From Anaerolineae bacterium (GTDB lineage Bacteria; Chloroflexota; Anaerolineae; UBA2200), in the NCBI GenBank assembly GCA_041549915.1, contig JBFEPU010000002.1, positions 1-39,223 on the forward strand: a DNA stretch of 39,223 bases, written 5' to 3'. Under the pieces are notes generated by a model that saw only the letters and a list, made by a program, of their open reading frames with translations, was not told the DNA's origin and did not search any database. Positions 19,304 through 27,928 of this stretch are shown here, piece after piece (position 1 is the first letter of the stretch; the number at the start of each line of letters is the position of its first letter). A program made the position numbers and the translations under genes.

Positions 19304-21289
19304 CTACTGAGGGTCGTTGAGGTGATCAAAGCCTGCTTCATCGTATCTGCCAGCGGCATTCCAGAACATCCACCCGTGCGTCTGAGCATCAGCTGCGGCT
19401 TGCTTCTGGAGGCGTATCTCTTCAACGCCATAGGTCACACCATTGGCCGAGTAATGCTGCAGCCAGGGACGCACCTTCGCTCGCCTGGGAGCCGAAGAGA
19501 GGATGGATTCAATGCGCTTTGTCAATTCCACACAGCTACGATGGACAACTTGATACGGGTGCAAGAGCGGCTCCTCATAACCCAGATTGCCACTGACGAA
19601 AGTCGCTGGGTAGAGCATCGGAGAGATATAGTCCATGTAGGGAGCAATATCGACTATCCGCTGCCCAATGCCCATATCTTCCTCTGGCGACACCCAGACC
19701 GTTAGACCAAACAAATCTGCGGACAGCAGAACGCCGTAGGGCTCTAGCTCCGCACGCAGTCTGGCAGAGAAATCCCGTATGGCTTTGCAGCGCGACTCAA
19801 GTGTGCTGTCCTCCGCATACCTGGTGTCACTGGTTCCACCATCAGACGGGAAGCGCAGATAGTCGAATTGCAGCTCATCAAAGCCAAGGACAGCCACTTC
19901 CTTGGCAATGGCGATGTTGTAGTCGTGCACCTCCACGCGGAACGGATCGCCCCAGGACGAACCCTCAGCATCTGCCCATAGCTGGTCGTCTTCTGTGTGC
20001 ACCGCCCATTCCGGATGGGCGGTGGCCAGGGCCGAATCTTTAAAGACCACAAGGCGGGCAATCATGTAGATGTCCTTATCTCGACACAGCGACAGAAATG
20101 TCTCGATATCCATAACCTCGGACTTGTACGCCTTGCTCCGCTGGGCTTCAGCCACGACGCTGGGATAGGCCAGCCAGCCCCGGTCGTTCTTGATATCTAC
20201 CACGATTGCGTTCAGTTCCGTGCGGTCGACCAAATCAATCAATCTGCGCACTCGCTCCTGGTCGGTGAGAATCCCGAGCGGCACGTAGATACCCTTGACT
20301 TGGAATCGGCTGATAAAGACATCCTGTTCAGTCACTTCTCCAACAAAGACCTCAGACCTGTCGTGATCTTTGGCAGTCACTGTGAGAGTGAGCGGCCGAG
20401 GCAAGTCCGTGAGGGCATAGCTCCCATCCGCACCGGTCACGGACGATGTAATGACCTCACCTTCAGAGATTGCTGTCACCAGCGCACCTGGCACTGGACT
20501 GCCATCACTTCTCTCTCTCACTAGACCCTGCAGAGTGTTGGGGCGCAGAGCAAGCAACAGCGTATCACGACCATCGTGCAGTGTTCTCAGTCCTTGATAA
20601 CCAGCCGCCTCAATGGACAAGACCCAATCCTTGATCAGGCGCTTTACAACTACCTCACCGTTGCCATCGGTGAAAAGACGCGCAGAGCCGTACATCACCG
20701 ACGCATCCGGAACAGGCTCTCCCGAGTATTGATCGACGACCTGTATCGTGGTCTCTATCGGATGAAGGAGGAAATCCTGCACTGCCTGTCCGCTGAAGGA
20801 AGTAGTGCTCGCCGCGTAGCCCGGCATGCCTGCGTGCAATAGATCACCTGCCGTCACCTTGTCCAGATTGTAGTATCCACTCCCGTCCGCAGTGGCACGC
20901 AGTTGACCTGCCGTTACAATGCTGCCTGGCAGTGGATCTCCGGTCTGTGCATCACACACAGCGCCTGACAGAGCATTCGCGGCCAAGGTGGTATTCACGG
21001 AAGGAGACCGACTCTGCAACCTGCTTGGGGGAAAATCTGCATCTGCAGGCACGTGGCCATTGTCCTCTACGGCCGGCTCCAAGACACGTTGCATCCAGCC
21101 GAGGCGATAGCCTTCTGCGTGGTTAGAGCCTGTCGCGTGGGCACTAGCCAGGATGACAGCGCCCACAGGCATAGGAGCGCGATCGATTTCGTCTCTCACT
21201 ACGCCATATCCCTGCCCCGGGTACAGTGCACTTGGCACGACCGCTACCGACACCAGCAGCAGGATCATGGCAATGGTGAACTTAGTCAA
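19304..21289 (-). CDS. Secreted protein with three CarboxypepD_reg-like modules and a C-terminal DUF4015/COG1306-type putative glycoside hydrolase TIM barrel
   Basis: TTG start at 21289, 5 nt after GAGGAA (alternative ATG at 21268). The N-terminus is signal-like (FTIAMILLLVSVAVVPSA). The C-terminal half reads KGIYVP...ELNAIVVDIKNDRGWLAY...IYMIARLVVFKD...WGDPF...GFDELQFDYLRFP, which I recognise as the PF13200-type family. Confidence 0.78.
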   Translation of the reverse strand: MTKFTIAMILLLVSVAVVPSALYPGQGYGVVRDEIDRAPMPVGAVILASAHATGSNHAEGYRLGWMQRVLEPAVEDNGHVPADADFPPSRLQSRSPSVNTTLAANALSGAVCDAQTGDPLPGSIVTAGQLRATADGSGYYNLDKVTAGDLLHAGMPGYAASTTSFSGQAVQDFLLHPIETTIQVVDQYSGEPVPDASVMYGSARLFTDGNGEVVVKRLIKDWVLSIEAAGYQGLRTLHDGRDTLLLALRPNTLQGLVRERSDGSPVPGALVTAISEGEVITSSVTGADGSYALTDLPRPLTLTVTAKDHDRSEVFVGEVTEQDVFISRFQVKGIYVPLGILTDQERVRRLIDLVDRTELNAIVVDIKNDRGWLAYPSVVAEAQRSKAYKSEVMDIETFLSLCRDKDIYMIARLVVFKDSALATAHPEWAVHTEDDQLWADAEGSSWGDPFRVEVHDYNIAIAKEVAVLGFDELQFDYLRFPSDGGTSDTRYAEDSTLESRCKAIRDFSARLRAELEPYGVLLSADLFGLTVWVSPEEDMGIGQRIVDIAPYMDYISPMLYPATFVSGNLGYEEPLLHPYQVVHRSCVELTKRIESILSSAPRRAKVRPWLQHYSANGVTYGVEEIRLQKQAAADAQTHGWMFWNAAGRYDEAGFDHLNDPQ

Positions 21290-21556
21290 CTTGGTTCCTC
21301 AGGGAATGGTGGAATCCGAAGCATCAATAGCCAGCGGGGCAGCCGGCTTCCTGATGTCCAACGGAGTGCAAGGAGCGCCACCTGACCCGACCAGCATTGA
21401 CGATAAGAATCTTTAAAACTAAGTCTTCATCCTCTGACTTGATAAGTATACTTGAGAATCCCATCTGTAGGACGTGCCAGCTGGCTGGATACTACATGTT
21501 GCGCTCGAGAATGCCAAGTTATGCCATTACGAATGTCTACTGCGATTTGCGCGGTG

Positions 21557-21585
21557 TTGGCAGAAAGTGGCCCTTCGACTAGAAT
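21557..21585 (+). promoter_or_regulatory. Sigma-70-type promoter upstream of dnaA
   Basis: TTGGCA (21557-21562), a 17-nt spacer, then TAGAAT (21580-21585). The predicted start near 21592 is about 280 nt upstream of dnaA. Confidence 0.4.
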
Positions 21586-21867
21586 AGCCGCGCGATGGAG
21601 CAGCGAGCCTTGCTGTCATCACCGCTATGTACACAGCGTAGACGCTCTAATGTAGCCAGGATGTTCCTCGGCTCGCCCCTGTTGGCCGTCAATGGTGATG
21701 GGCAACCTTCGACAGACCATGGCGCTCCATCTCCGCTTTGGTCCATCGAGAGCGTCTCGGCTTTCGCACGATCACGTATTGTGCCTTCGTCCATTCCGCC
21801 AGTTGCTTGGCGAGATTGAACCGGAAACTCGAATCCTTCTCTTCTTGTTTGTGCTGCTTATTCGTCG

Positions 21868-23274
21868 ATGGGAGAACACATGACTATGAACGCCAAGCAT
21901 GCATGGCAGGCAGCGCTGGGAGAGTTGCAGCTGCAACTGACGAAGGCTACTTTTGACACCTGGGTGAAGAACACACGCGTCCTCGGTTTCGAAGACGGCA
22001 CATTCTTGATCGGGGTGCACAATGCTTACGCCAAGGACTGGCTGGAGAATCGTCTCCGTACCACCATCAAGCGCACTCTCATTGGCATTGTAGGCAGCAC
22101 GGTAGATGTCAGATTCATTGTTCATCCCCAGTCCGCTGCTGACTCCACCCAGGAACAGACTCTCCTTGCTGGCATGATCGATGATTCGGCTGCTTGGCAA
22201 GATACGACCTCGCAGATGCAGAACGCCCAGCCGCTCCCCTTTCACACCGGGTTGAACCCGAAGTACACATTCGAGACGTTCATAGTTGGTAATTCCAATC
22301 GCCTGGCACACGCGGCTGCCAGGGCGGTGGCTGAGAACCCTGGCAAGGCCTACAACCCTCTCTTCATCTACGGAGGTGTGGGACTGGGCAAAACCCATCT
22401 GCTGCACGCTATCGGAGACGCTGCCCTCTCTCATTCACAAGGCGTGCTGTATGTCTCTTCCGAAACTTTTACCAACGACTTGATTAACGCTATTCGCACT
22501 CAGAGCACAGATGAGTTGCGCGCCAAATACCGGGACAATGTAGATGTCTTGCTTATCGACGACATTCAGTTCATCGGTGGGAAAGAGAGCACACAGGAAG
22601 AACTGTTTCACACCTTCAACACCCTCTACGAAGCCGGCAAGCAGATCGTGATGTCCAGCGATCGTCCACCTCGGGCGATCATGACTTTGGAGGAACGTCT
22701 CAGATCTCGATTTGAGTGTGGCCTCATTGCCGACATACAAGCTCCGGACCTTGAGACTCGCAGTGCTATTCTGCGCTCCAAAGCGGATTCGCAAGGACTC
22801 ATTATTCCCCCCGAGGTCACCGATTTCATCGCCAGCAAATTCCAGAGCAACATCCGCGAATTGGAGGGGGCACTCAACCGAGTGGTTGCACACGCGCGTT
22901 TGATGGACGTCGCACTCACCACAGAGATGGCTACTTCCGTGCTGGAGAACATCCTCACGCGCGCTGACTCGGTCACTGTCGACCAGATTCTAGAAGGCGT
23001 GTCCGTCTACTATGACCTGGATGTGCCTACCCTCAAGAGCCGGCAACGTAGCCAGACCGTCGCTCACGCCCGTCAGGTGGCGATGTACTTGCTGAGGGAG
23101 GAACTACACTGCTCACTGCCACAGATTGGCAGAATCCTCGGTGGGCGCGACCACACAACAGCCCTATACGGTTGCCAAAAGATCTCTGTACGCATTGAGG
23201 AGGATGACCAACTGCGTCGCGATGTGCTTGCCATCAGAGAACGCGTGTACAGGGAACGGGTTCGCGCCGCGTAA
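21868..23274 (+). CDS. dnaA: Chromosomal replication initiator protein DnaA
   Basis: Sequence WQAALGELQLQLTKATFDTWV (domain I), Walker A GGVGLGKTHLLHAIG, LLIDDIQF, SNIRELEGAL, and DNA-binding domain IV ARQVAMYLLREE...IGRILGGRDHTTALYG. The start is ambiguous among ATGs at 21868, 21880 (after GGGAGA) and 21886. Confidence 0.95.
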   Translation: MGEHMTMNAKHAWQAALGELQLQLTKATFDTWVKNTRVLGFEDGTFLIGVHNAYAKDWLENRLRTTIKRTLIGIVGSTVDVRFIVHPQSAADSTQEQTLLAGMIDDSAAWQDTTSQMQNAQPLPFHTGLNPKYTFETFIVGNSNRLAHAAARAVAENPGKAYNPLFIYGGVGLGKTHLLHAIGDAALSHSQGVLYVSSETFTNDLINAIRTQSTDELRAKYRDNVDVLLIDDIQFIGGKESTQEELFHTFNTLYEAGKQIVMSSDRPPRAIMTLEERLRSRFECGLIADIQAPDLETRSAILRSKADSQGLIIPPEVTDFIASKFQSNIRELEGALNRVVAHARLMDVALTTEMATSVLENILTRADSVTVDQILEGVSVYYDLDVPTLKSRQRSQTVAHARQVAMYLLREELHCSLPQIGRILGGRDHTTALYGCQKISVRIEEDDQLRRDVLAIRERVYRERVRAA

Positions 23275-23285
23275 CAGACGCCATT

Positions 23286-23335
23286 TGTGGATAACTTGCC
23301 AATAACTGTGGATAACTCTGTTTTTCTGGGGATAA
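23286..23335 (+). promoter_or_regulatory. Array of three same-orientation DnaA boxes in helical phase (core of the candidate oriC)
   Basis: TGTGGATAA at 23286-23294 and 23307-23315 are perfect reverse complements of TTATCCACA. TGGGGATAA at 23327-23335 matches 8 of 9. The starts are spaced 21 and 20 nt. The first box begins 12 nt after the dnaA stop. Confidence 0.7.
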
Positions 23336-24034
23336 CTTGTCCCTGCGATCCGGCTTCAGAAGACGGCTAACCCTCCGTCGGCTAGCTACGATTCCACTAG
23401 GAATAGCCTACCACCTACTGCACCTCGCAAGCTCTAGTATGCCCACCTGACAGTGACGCCTCTTGTGGGACACTTTTGTCTCCCCAGCTCATTCACACTT
23501 CCTGTGCACAATCATGTCGAGACGGAGACCGTCAGTCTCCCATCGCTGGTGGTACGGTCACTACGCAGCACTGCGAGTTGTGCGCCGACCAAGATAGTCC
23601 CGTCCCAACAGCTCTGATCCCCTCTATCCACAACCCCTACTACTACTACTTAATTACTGGATAACTGATAAGAGTGTTGAACACCACTATCCACGCCAGC
23701 CAACCCCAGGCAAGAAATGCTCTCGAAGAATTCCCCATAGTCGCAGGGAGGTTTTCTACCGAGAGTGCACAGGACAGTCCAAAGCGTATCGCACTGTCCA
23801 TGCTATAATGAAAAGAGGAGGAGCTGTGCCATCAGAAGGAGTGGATAGATCGTTGAAGCGCATCATACTGCGATCCGTGTTGTCGATGACAACTACTGCT
23901 GTTCACTTGGGGACAGCGGTGGGCTGTGGTAACATTACCCCGTATTGCGCGACTCGTTCGTCTCATTGATGCAATCAGTGCGTTCCGCGCAGTAATGGCA
24001 CCAGCGGGCCATTTGTCAACTAGAGAGGAAGAGG

Positions 24035-24763
24035 ATGCGTTACCTGGTTCTGTCTGATATCCACAGCAATCTCGCTGCCTTTGAGGCTGTGCTTGCCGAT
24101 GCAGGGACATTCGATGAAATCTGGTGTCTCGGCGATGTGATTGGCTACGGGCCGCAGCCCAACGAGTGCGTGGAGCGGCTGAGAGACTTGCCGCACATCT
24201 GTGTGGCCGGCAACCATGACTGGGCTGCAGTCTCCAAGTTGGACATCTCCGCATTCAATCCAGATGCTCAACGTGCCTGTCTTTGGACCAGAGAGCAGCT
24301 AAAGCCGGGCAATTGGGAGTTTATCGAAGACCTGCCAGAAGTGCTCGTTGAGGAGAGTTTCACCCTGGTTCATGGGAGCCCGCGCCATCCCATCTGGGAG
24401 TACATTGCACGTCCTGCCGTGGCTCTAGCGAACTTTGACTATTTCGACACCGGGTATTGCTTTTTCGGCCATACGCACCGGCCGGTCGTCTATGCTCTTG
24501 ATAGCCTGCAGAATATGTGTGATGCCTTTGCGATGGCTGAGCAGGCTCCTGTGACTCTGGATGTTGAGCGTTTGCTGATCAATCCGGGGGGAGTTGGGCA
24601 GCCTCGCGACGGGGATCCTCGCGCGAGCTACGTCATTCTAGATGCAGAAAAGAACACCATAGAATACCGGCGCGTGGAGTATCCGATCGAAGAGACACAG
24701 CAGCTGATGTCTGCTGCGGGTCTGCCAAAGCGGTTGGCCATGCGCCTGTCCGTTGGTTGGTGA
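24035..24763 (+). CDS. Metallophosphoesterase family protein (calcineurin-like, YfcE/PrpE-like)
   Basis: Ordered motifs LSDIHSN, LGDVIGYG, AGNHD, LVHGSP and FGHTH. The ATG at 24035 follows GAGGAAGAGG. Confidence 0.9.
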   Translation: MRYLVLSDIHSNLAAFEAVLADAGTFDEIWCLGDVIGYGPQPNECVERLRDLPHICVAGNHDWAAVSKLDISAFNPDAQRACLWTREQLKPGNWEFIEDLPEVLVEESFTLVHGSPRHPIWEYIARPAVALANFDYFDTGYCFFGHTHRPVVYALDSLQNMCDAFAMAEQAPVTLDVERLLINPGGVGQPRDGDPRASYVILDAEKNTIEYRRVEYPIEETQQLMSAAGLPKRLAMRLSVGW

Positions 24764-24855
24764 TCGGAGTCTGTGCAATGGCTGGGAACATCGCGCGGTT
24801 GCACAGCGTTCTGATATTGAGGTTGAGCGATCGATTGCACGATGGGAGGATTGCC

Positions 24856-25746
24856 ATGAAGGTGAGCAGATCTCTAGCGATGATTTTCCTAGTCACACTG
24901 CTTGTTGTCGCTTGCGCATCCCGCCCTGTACCTGAGGTGGCACGAGGGGGAGGGGAGCCGGTGCCAGCTGAGTTCGGTGATACTGCGAGTGATGCTATCT
25001 CGGCAAAGGCGAGCGAGGAGCGGATGATCGTGCGCACTGCGGAGCTGGCTCTGGTGGTGCAGCAAACGGAAGATGCCGTCGAACAGATCAAGGACATTCT
25101 GGGCCTGCTGGGTGGCTACGTGGCTGACACACGCCTGTGGCGCGACGAGGAACAGTTGCGCGGTTCGATCACGGTGCGTGTACCATCCGAGTCCTTGGAT
25201 GAGGCTTTGAGCCAGTTCAAGAGCCTTGCGGTCAAGGTGGAGCGCGAAAGTGGCAGCAGTCGCGATGTCACCGAGGAGTACACAGACCTCGATTCGCAGT
25301 TGCGCAACCTGGAGGCCACGGAGCGGGAACTCTTGGCTCTACTGACAACAGTTCGCGAAAGGACGGGCAAAGCCGAGGACATTCTGGCGGTGCACCGCGA
25401 ACTGACGAACATACGGAGTCAGATCGAGGTGCTGAAGGGACGCATGCAGTATCTGGAGCGGACAGCGGCCATGGCTGCGGTGACAATTGAGTTGATCCCG
25501 GATGTGCTGGCGCGGCCCATTTCTTCCAGTGGCTGGCGACCGTCCGAGACGGTGCGCCGGGCATTTCGCTCCTTGGTCAATACCCTGCGGTTTGTTGCCG
25601 ACGCTGCAATATGGATCGTCTTGTACGGTCTGCCGGTGATCGGCATCTTGTTGGTACCGGTTGCCATTGTGTGGCGGATTTGGCGTAGCAGAAGGCCAGG
25701 GAGAAGTTTGGGCGCAGCTGGGGACAAACCGTCAAGTCAGGCATAG
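24856..25746 (+). CDS. DUF4349-type lipoprotein (lipobox, coiled-coil region, C-terminal TM pair)
   Basis: The ATG at 24856 follows GGGAGGA. Lipobox LLVVAC. Sequence MIVRTAELALVVQQTEDAVEQI...TEEYTDLDSQLRNLEATEREL... with C-terminal hydrophobic segments (AAIWIVLYGLPVIGILLVPVAIVW). The track GTG start at 24757 overlaps the previous gene and was rejected. Confidence 0.8.
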   Translation: MKVSRSLAMIFLVTLLVVACASRPVPEVARGGGEPVPAEFGDTASDAISAKASEERMIVRTAELALVVQQTEDAVEQIKDILGLLGGYVADTRLWRDEEQLRGSITVRVPSESLDEALSQFKSLAVKVERESGSSRDVTEEYTDLDSQLRNLEATERELLALLTTVRERTGKAEDILAVHRELTNIRSQIEVLKGRMQYLERTAAMAAVTIELIPDVLARPISSSGWRPSETVRRAFRSLVNTLRFVADAAIWIVLYGLPVIGILLVPVAIVWRIWRSRRPGRSLGAAGDKPSSQA

Positions 25747-25796
25747 CAGCCCAGCGGGCAGGCGCCTGACAAGCACTCTCGTTCAGCTGCCGTAGA

Positions 25797-25830
25797 GAGA
25801 CCCGTCTTCCGATGGAGGGGGACGGGTCTC
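25797..25830 (+). terminator. Hairpin terminator candidate after the DUF4349 gene
   Basis: GAGACCCGTC (25797-25806) pairs perfectly with GACGGGTCTC (25821-25830). The following GTTGTATT is a weak U-tract. Confidence 0.45.
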
Positions 25831-25919
25831 GTTGTATTCACGACTTGGCGCACATGTCTGTTGTGGAGGTTGCCGGATGGCCATGAGTCCGATCGGGTGT
25901 ACTGCTGCCTCAGGTCTAT

Positions 25920-26858
25920 CTACCGTTCTTCCCTTGTGTAAGGCTGCATGAGGGCGGCAGGAGCTCCAATGCGTTTGCGCAGGACTCCACCGGAGCTGAT
26001 CAGCAAGACCAGAATGGTGAAGGCAAATGGAAGCATGTTCAGCAAGTTGGGCGAGATGCCGAGGGGTTGCAGGCGGTACTGTAGCACGCGCACCCCACCG
26101 AACAGGTAGGCGCCCAGCAAGGCGCGCACCGGATCCCACATGGCAAAGATCGTCAGGGCAATGACAATCCAGCCGGCACCAGCCGTCATCCCCTCGATCC
26201 AGGCCGGTGCATAGACGACCGAGAGATAGGCACCACCCACGCCAGCCATCATCCCACCGAAAAACACTGCCAGATAGCGAACGAGAAACACGTTGATGCC
26301 GGCAGCATCGGCTGTGGCTGGGCTCTCACCTACTGAGCGCAAGGTGATGCCCCATCGGGTCTTGTACATGATGAACCACAGCACTGGTACTAGGATGATG
26401 GCGAGGTAGACAAGCGGGTCGTAGCGGAAAAAGAGCGACCCGACGACAGGCAGGTCTCTCAGCCCAGGTAAGGCCAGTGGCACGAGCCGCGTGCCGATAG
26501 GAGTGCCGATGTATCGTCTGCCCGCCAGGCCGCTCAAGCCCAATCCCAGCATCGTCAAGGCCAAACCAGAAATCACCTGATTTACACGCAGGGTGATGCT
26601 GGCGAAGGCATGTACCAGTGCCAGCGATCCGCCCATCAGTGCAGCCGCAGCTACGCCGACCCAGATGTTGCCAGTGGAATGTGTGACGCCAAAGGCGGTC
26701 ACTGCTCCCACGATCATCATCCCTTCTACGCCCAAGTTTAGTACCCCGGACCGTTCGGCAGTGACCTCCCCCAGCGTCCCATAGAGCAAAGGAGTCCCAG
26801 CGGGTATGGCGGCTCTCAATGCGGACAGGACAAAGTTCCACATCACTCTTGTCTCCAT
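25920..26858 (-). CDS. ABC transporter permease (BPD_transp_2 family, BMP/nucleoside-sugar importer, second permease)
   Basis: 312-aa polytopic membrane ORF. An alternative ATG at 26843 forms TGATG with the upstream stop. Confidence 0.9.
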   Translation of the reverse strand: METRVMWNFVLSALRAAIPAGTPLLYGTLGEVTAERSGVLNLGVEGMMIVGAVTAFGVTHSTGNIWVGVAAAALMGGSLALVHAFASITLRVNQVISGLALTMLGLGLSGLAGRRYIGTPIGTRLVPLALPGLRDLPVVGSLFFRYDPLVYLAIILVPVLWFIMYKTRWGITLRSVGESPATADAAGINVFLVRYLAVFFGGMMAGVGGAYLSVVYAPAWIEGMTAGAGWIVIALTIFAMWDPVRALLGAYLFGGVRVLQYRLQPLGISPNLLNMLPFAFTILVLLISSGGVLRKRIGAPAALMQPYTREER

Positions 26859-27928
26859 TCCAGGCGGATTCGATAGCGTGTGAACAGCTCACCTCCAAGC
26901 ACAAAGAGCAGGATCACACCGTTGAACAGGTGGATGGTAGCGACGGGCAGTCCTAATGCCACCTGGATGGCATCGCCACCGACCAGCAAACCACCGATCA
27001 AGAGTGCTGTCACGATTACAGCCAGTGGATTGAGGTGAGCCAGCCAGGCGACGATGATGGCGGTAAAGCCATAGCCGGGTGAGACCCCCTGTGGGTAGCG
27101 CAGGCGATAGTGTATCCCGGCGACCTCTCCTACCCCCGCCAGTCCTGCCAAGCCTCCGCTAAACACCATGACCAGAAGAGCCGTCTTGAGGTAGTCCATG
27201 CCGGCGTAGCGCGCTGCCGGGGGGTTCTCGCCGGTGACTCGGATCTCGAAACCCCACTTTGTGCGGTGGATCAGTACGTATGCCACCGCCGCCACTGCAA
27301 GCCCGAGGATCAGGGTTGGGTAGTGGATCCGCGTGCGGAAAAGGCGTGGGAGTTGCGCTGAAGCCGAGAACTTGTCCGTGTAGGGGAATCCCATTTCGCT
27401 GAGTCCTTTCCACGGCCCGTACACCAGATAGTTCACCAACTCGCTGGCTATGTACACCATCATTAAACTGCTGAGCACCTCGTCCACGTGAAAGCGAGCC
27501 TTCAGCAAGGCGGGAACAGAAGCCCACAGCGCTCCCCCAGCGAAACCGACAAAGAACATCCCAGGCAGCAGGAGCCAGGCCGGCAGGTCTGGGAAGGCCA
27601 GGGCCAGGCCAGTGCCGGATATCGCACCTATGAGCAATTGCCCTTCTGCGCCAATGTTGTACACTCGAGCCCGGAAGGCCACGCACAGCCCCACACCTGC
27701 CAATATCAGAGGAATAGCCTTGACTGTGGTTTCCGACAGTCCGTATAGGCTGCCAAACGCGCCTCGGAAGATCTTTCTGTAGGCCACGATCGGATCGACA
27801 CCCAGGGCGCGGAAGACGACAGCAATGACTGCCAGCGCCAGAAGCAAGGAGAAGATAGCGGTGGAGAGCTCCAGCCAGCGCGGGATAGCCAATCGCTTCT
27901 GGATTCGAACATGGAGTGGGACGTTCAT
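26843..27928 (-). CDS. ABC transporter permease (BPD_transp_2 family, first permease)
   Basis: 361-aa polytopic membrane ORF. Its ATG overlaps the ATPase stop as ATGA (27928-27925). Confidence 0.9.
   Translation of the reverse strand: MNVPLHVRIQKRLAIPRWLELSTAIFSLLLALAVIAVVFRALGVDPIVAYRKIFRGAFGSLYGLSETTVKAIPLILAGVGLCVAFRARVYNIGAEGQLLIGAISGTGLALAFPDLPAWLLLPGMFFVGFAGGALWASVPALLKARFHVDEVLSSLMMVYIASELVNYLVYGPWKGLSEMGFPYTDKFSASAQLPRLFRTRIHYPTLILGLAVAAVAYVLIHRTKWGFEIRVTGENPPAARYAGMDYLKTALLVMVFSGGLAGLAGVGEVAGIHYRLRYPQGVSPGYGFTAIIVAWLAHLNPLAVIVTALLIGGLLVGGDAIQVALGLPVATIHLFNGVILLFVLGGELFTRYRIRLEWRQE

Noticed and set aside
21579-21819. ORFs in the dnaA upstream gap: 21595..21819 (+) and 21579..21794 (-). 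There is also a start-less minus-strand frame ending ...KPRRSRWTKAEMERHGLSKVAHHH.
   Set aside because: The products are Ser/Pro/Arg-rich, or lack any start codon with an SD, and have no family motifs. None resembles rpmH. I mention them only in the context of the nearby promoter.
23826-23969. Interpreting the 47-aa peptide (C-terminal GCGNITPYC) as a RiPP precursor.
   Set aside because: No modification enzyme, protease or dedicated exporter gene is adjacent, and two cysteines alone are not evidence.
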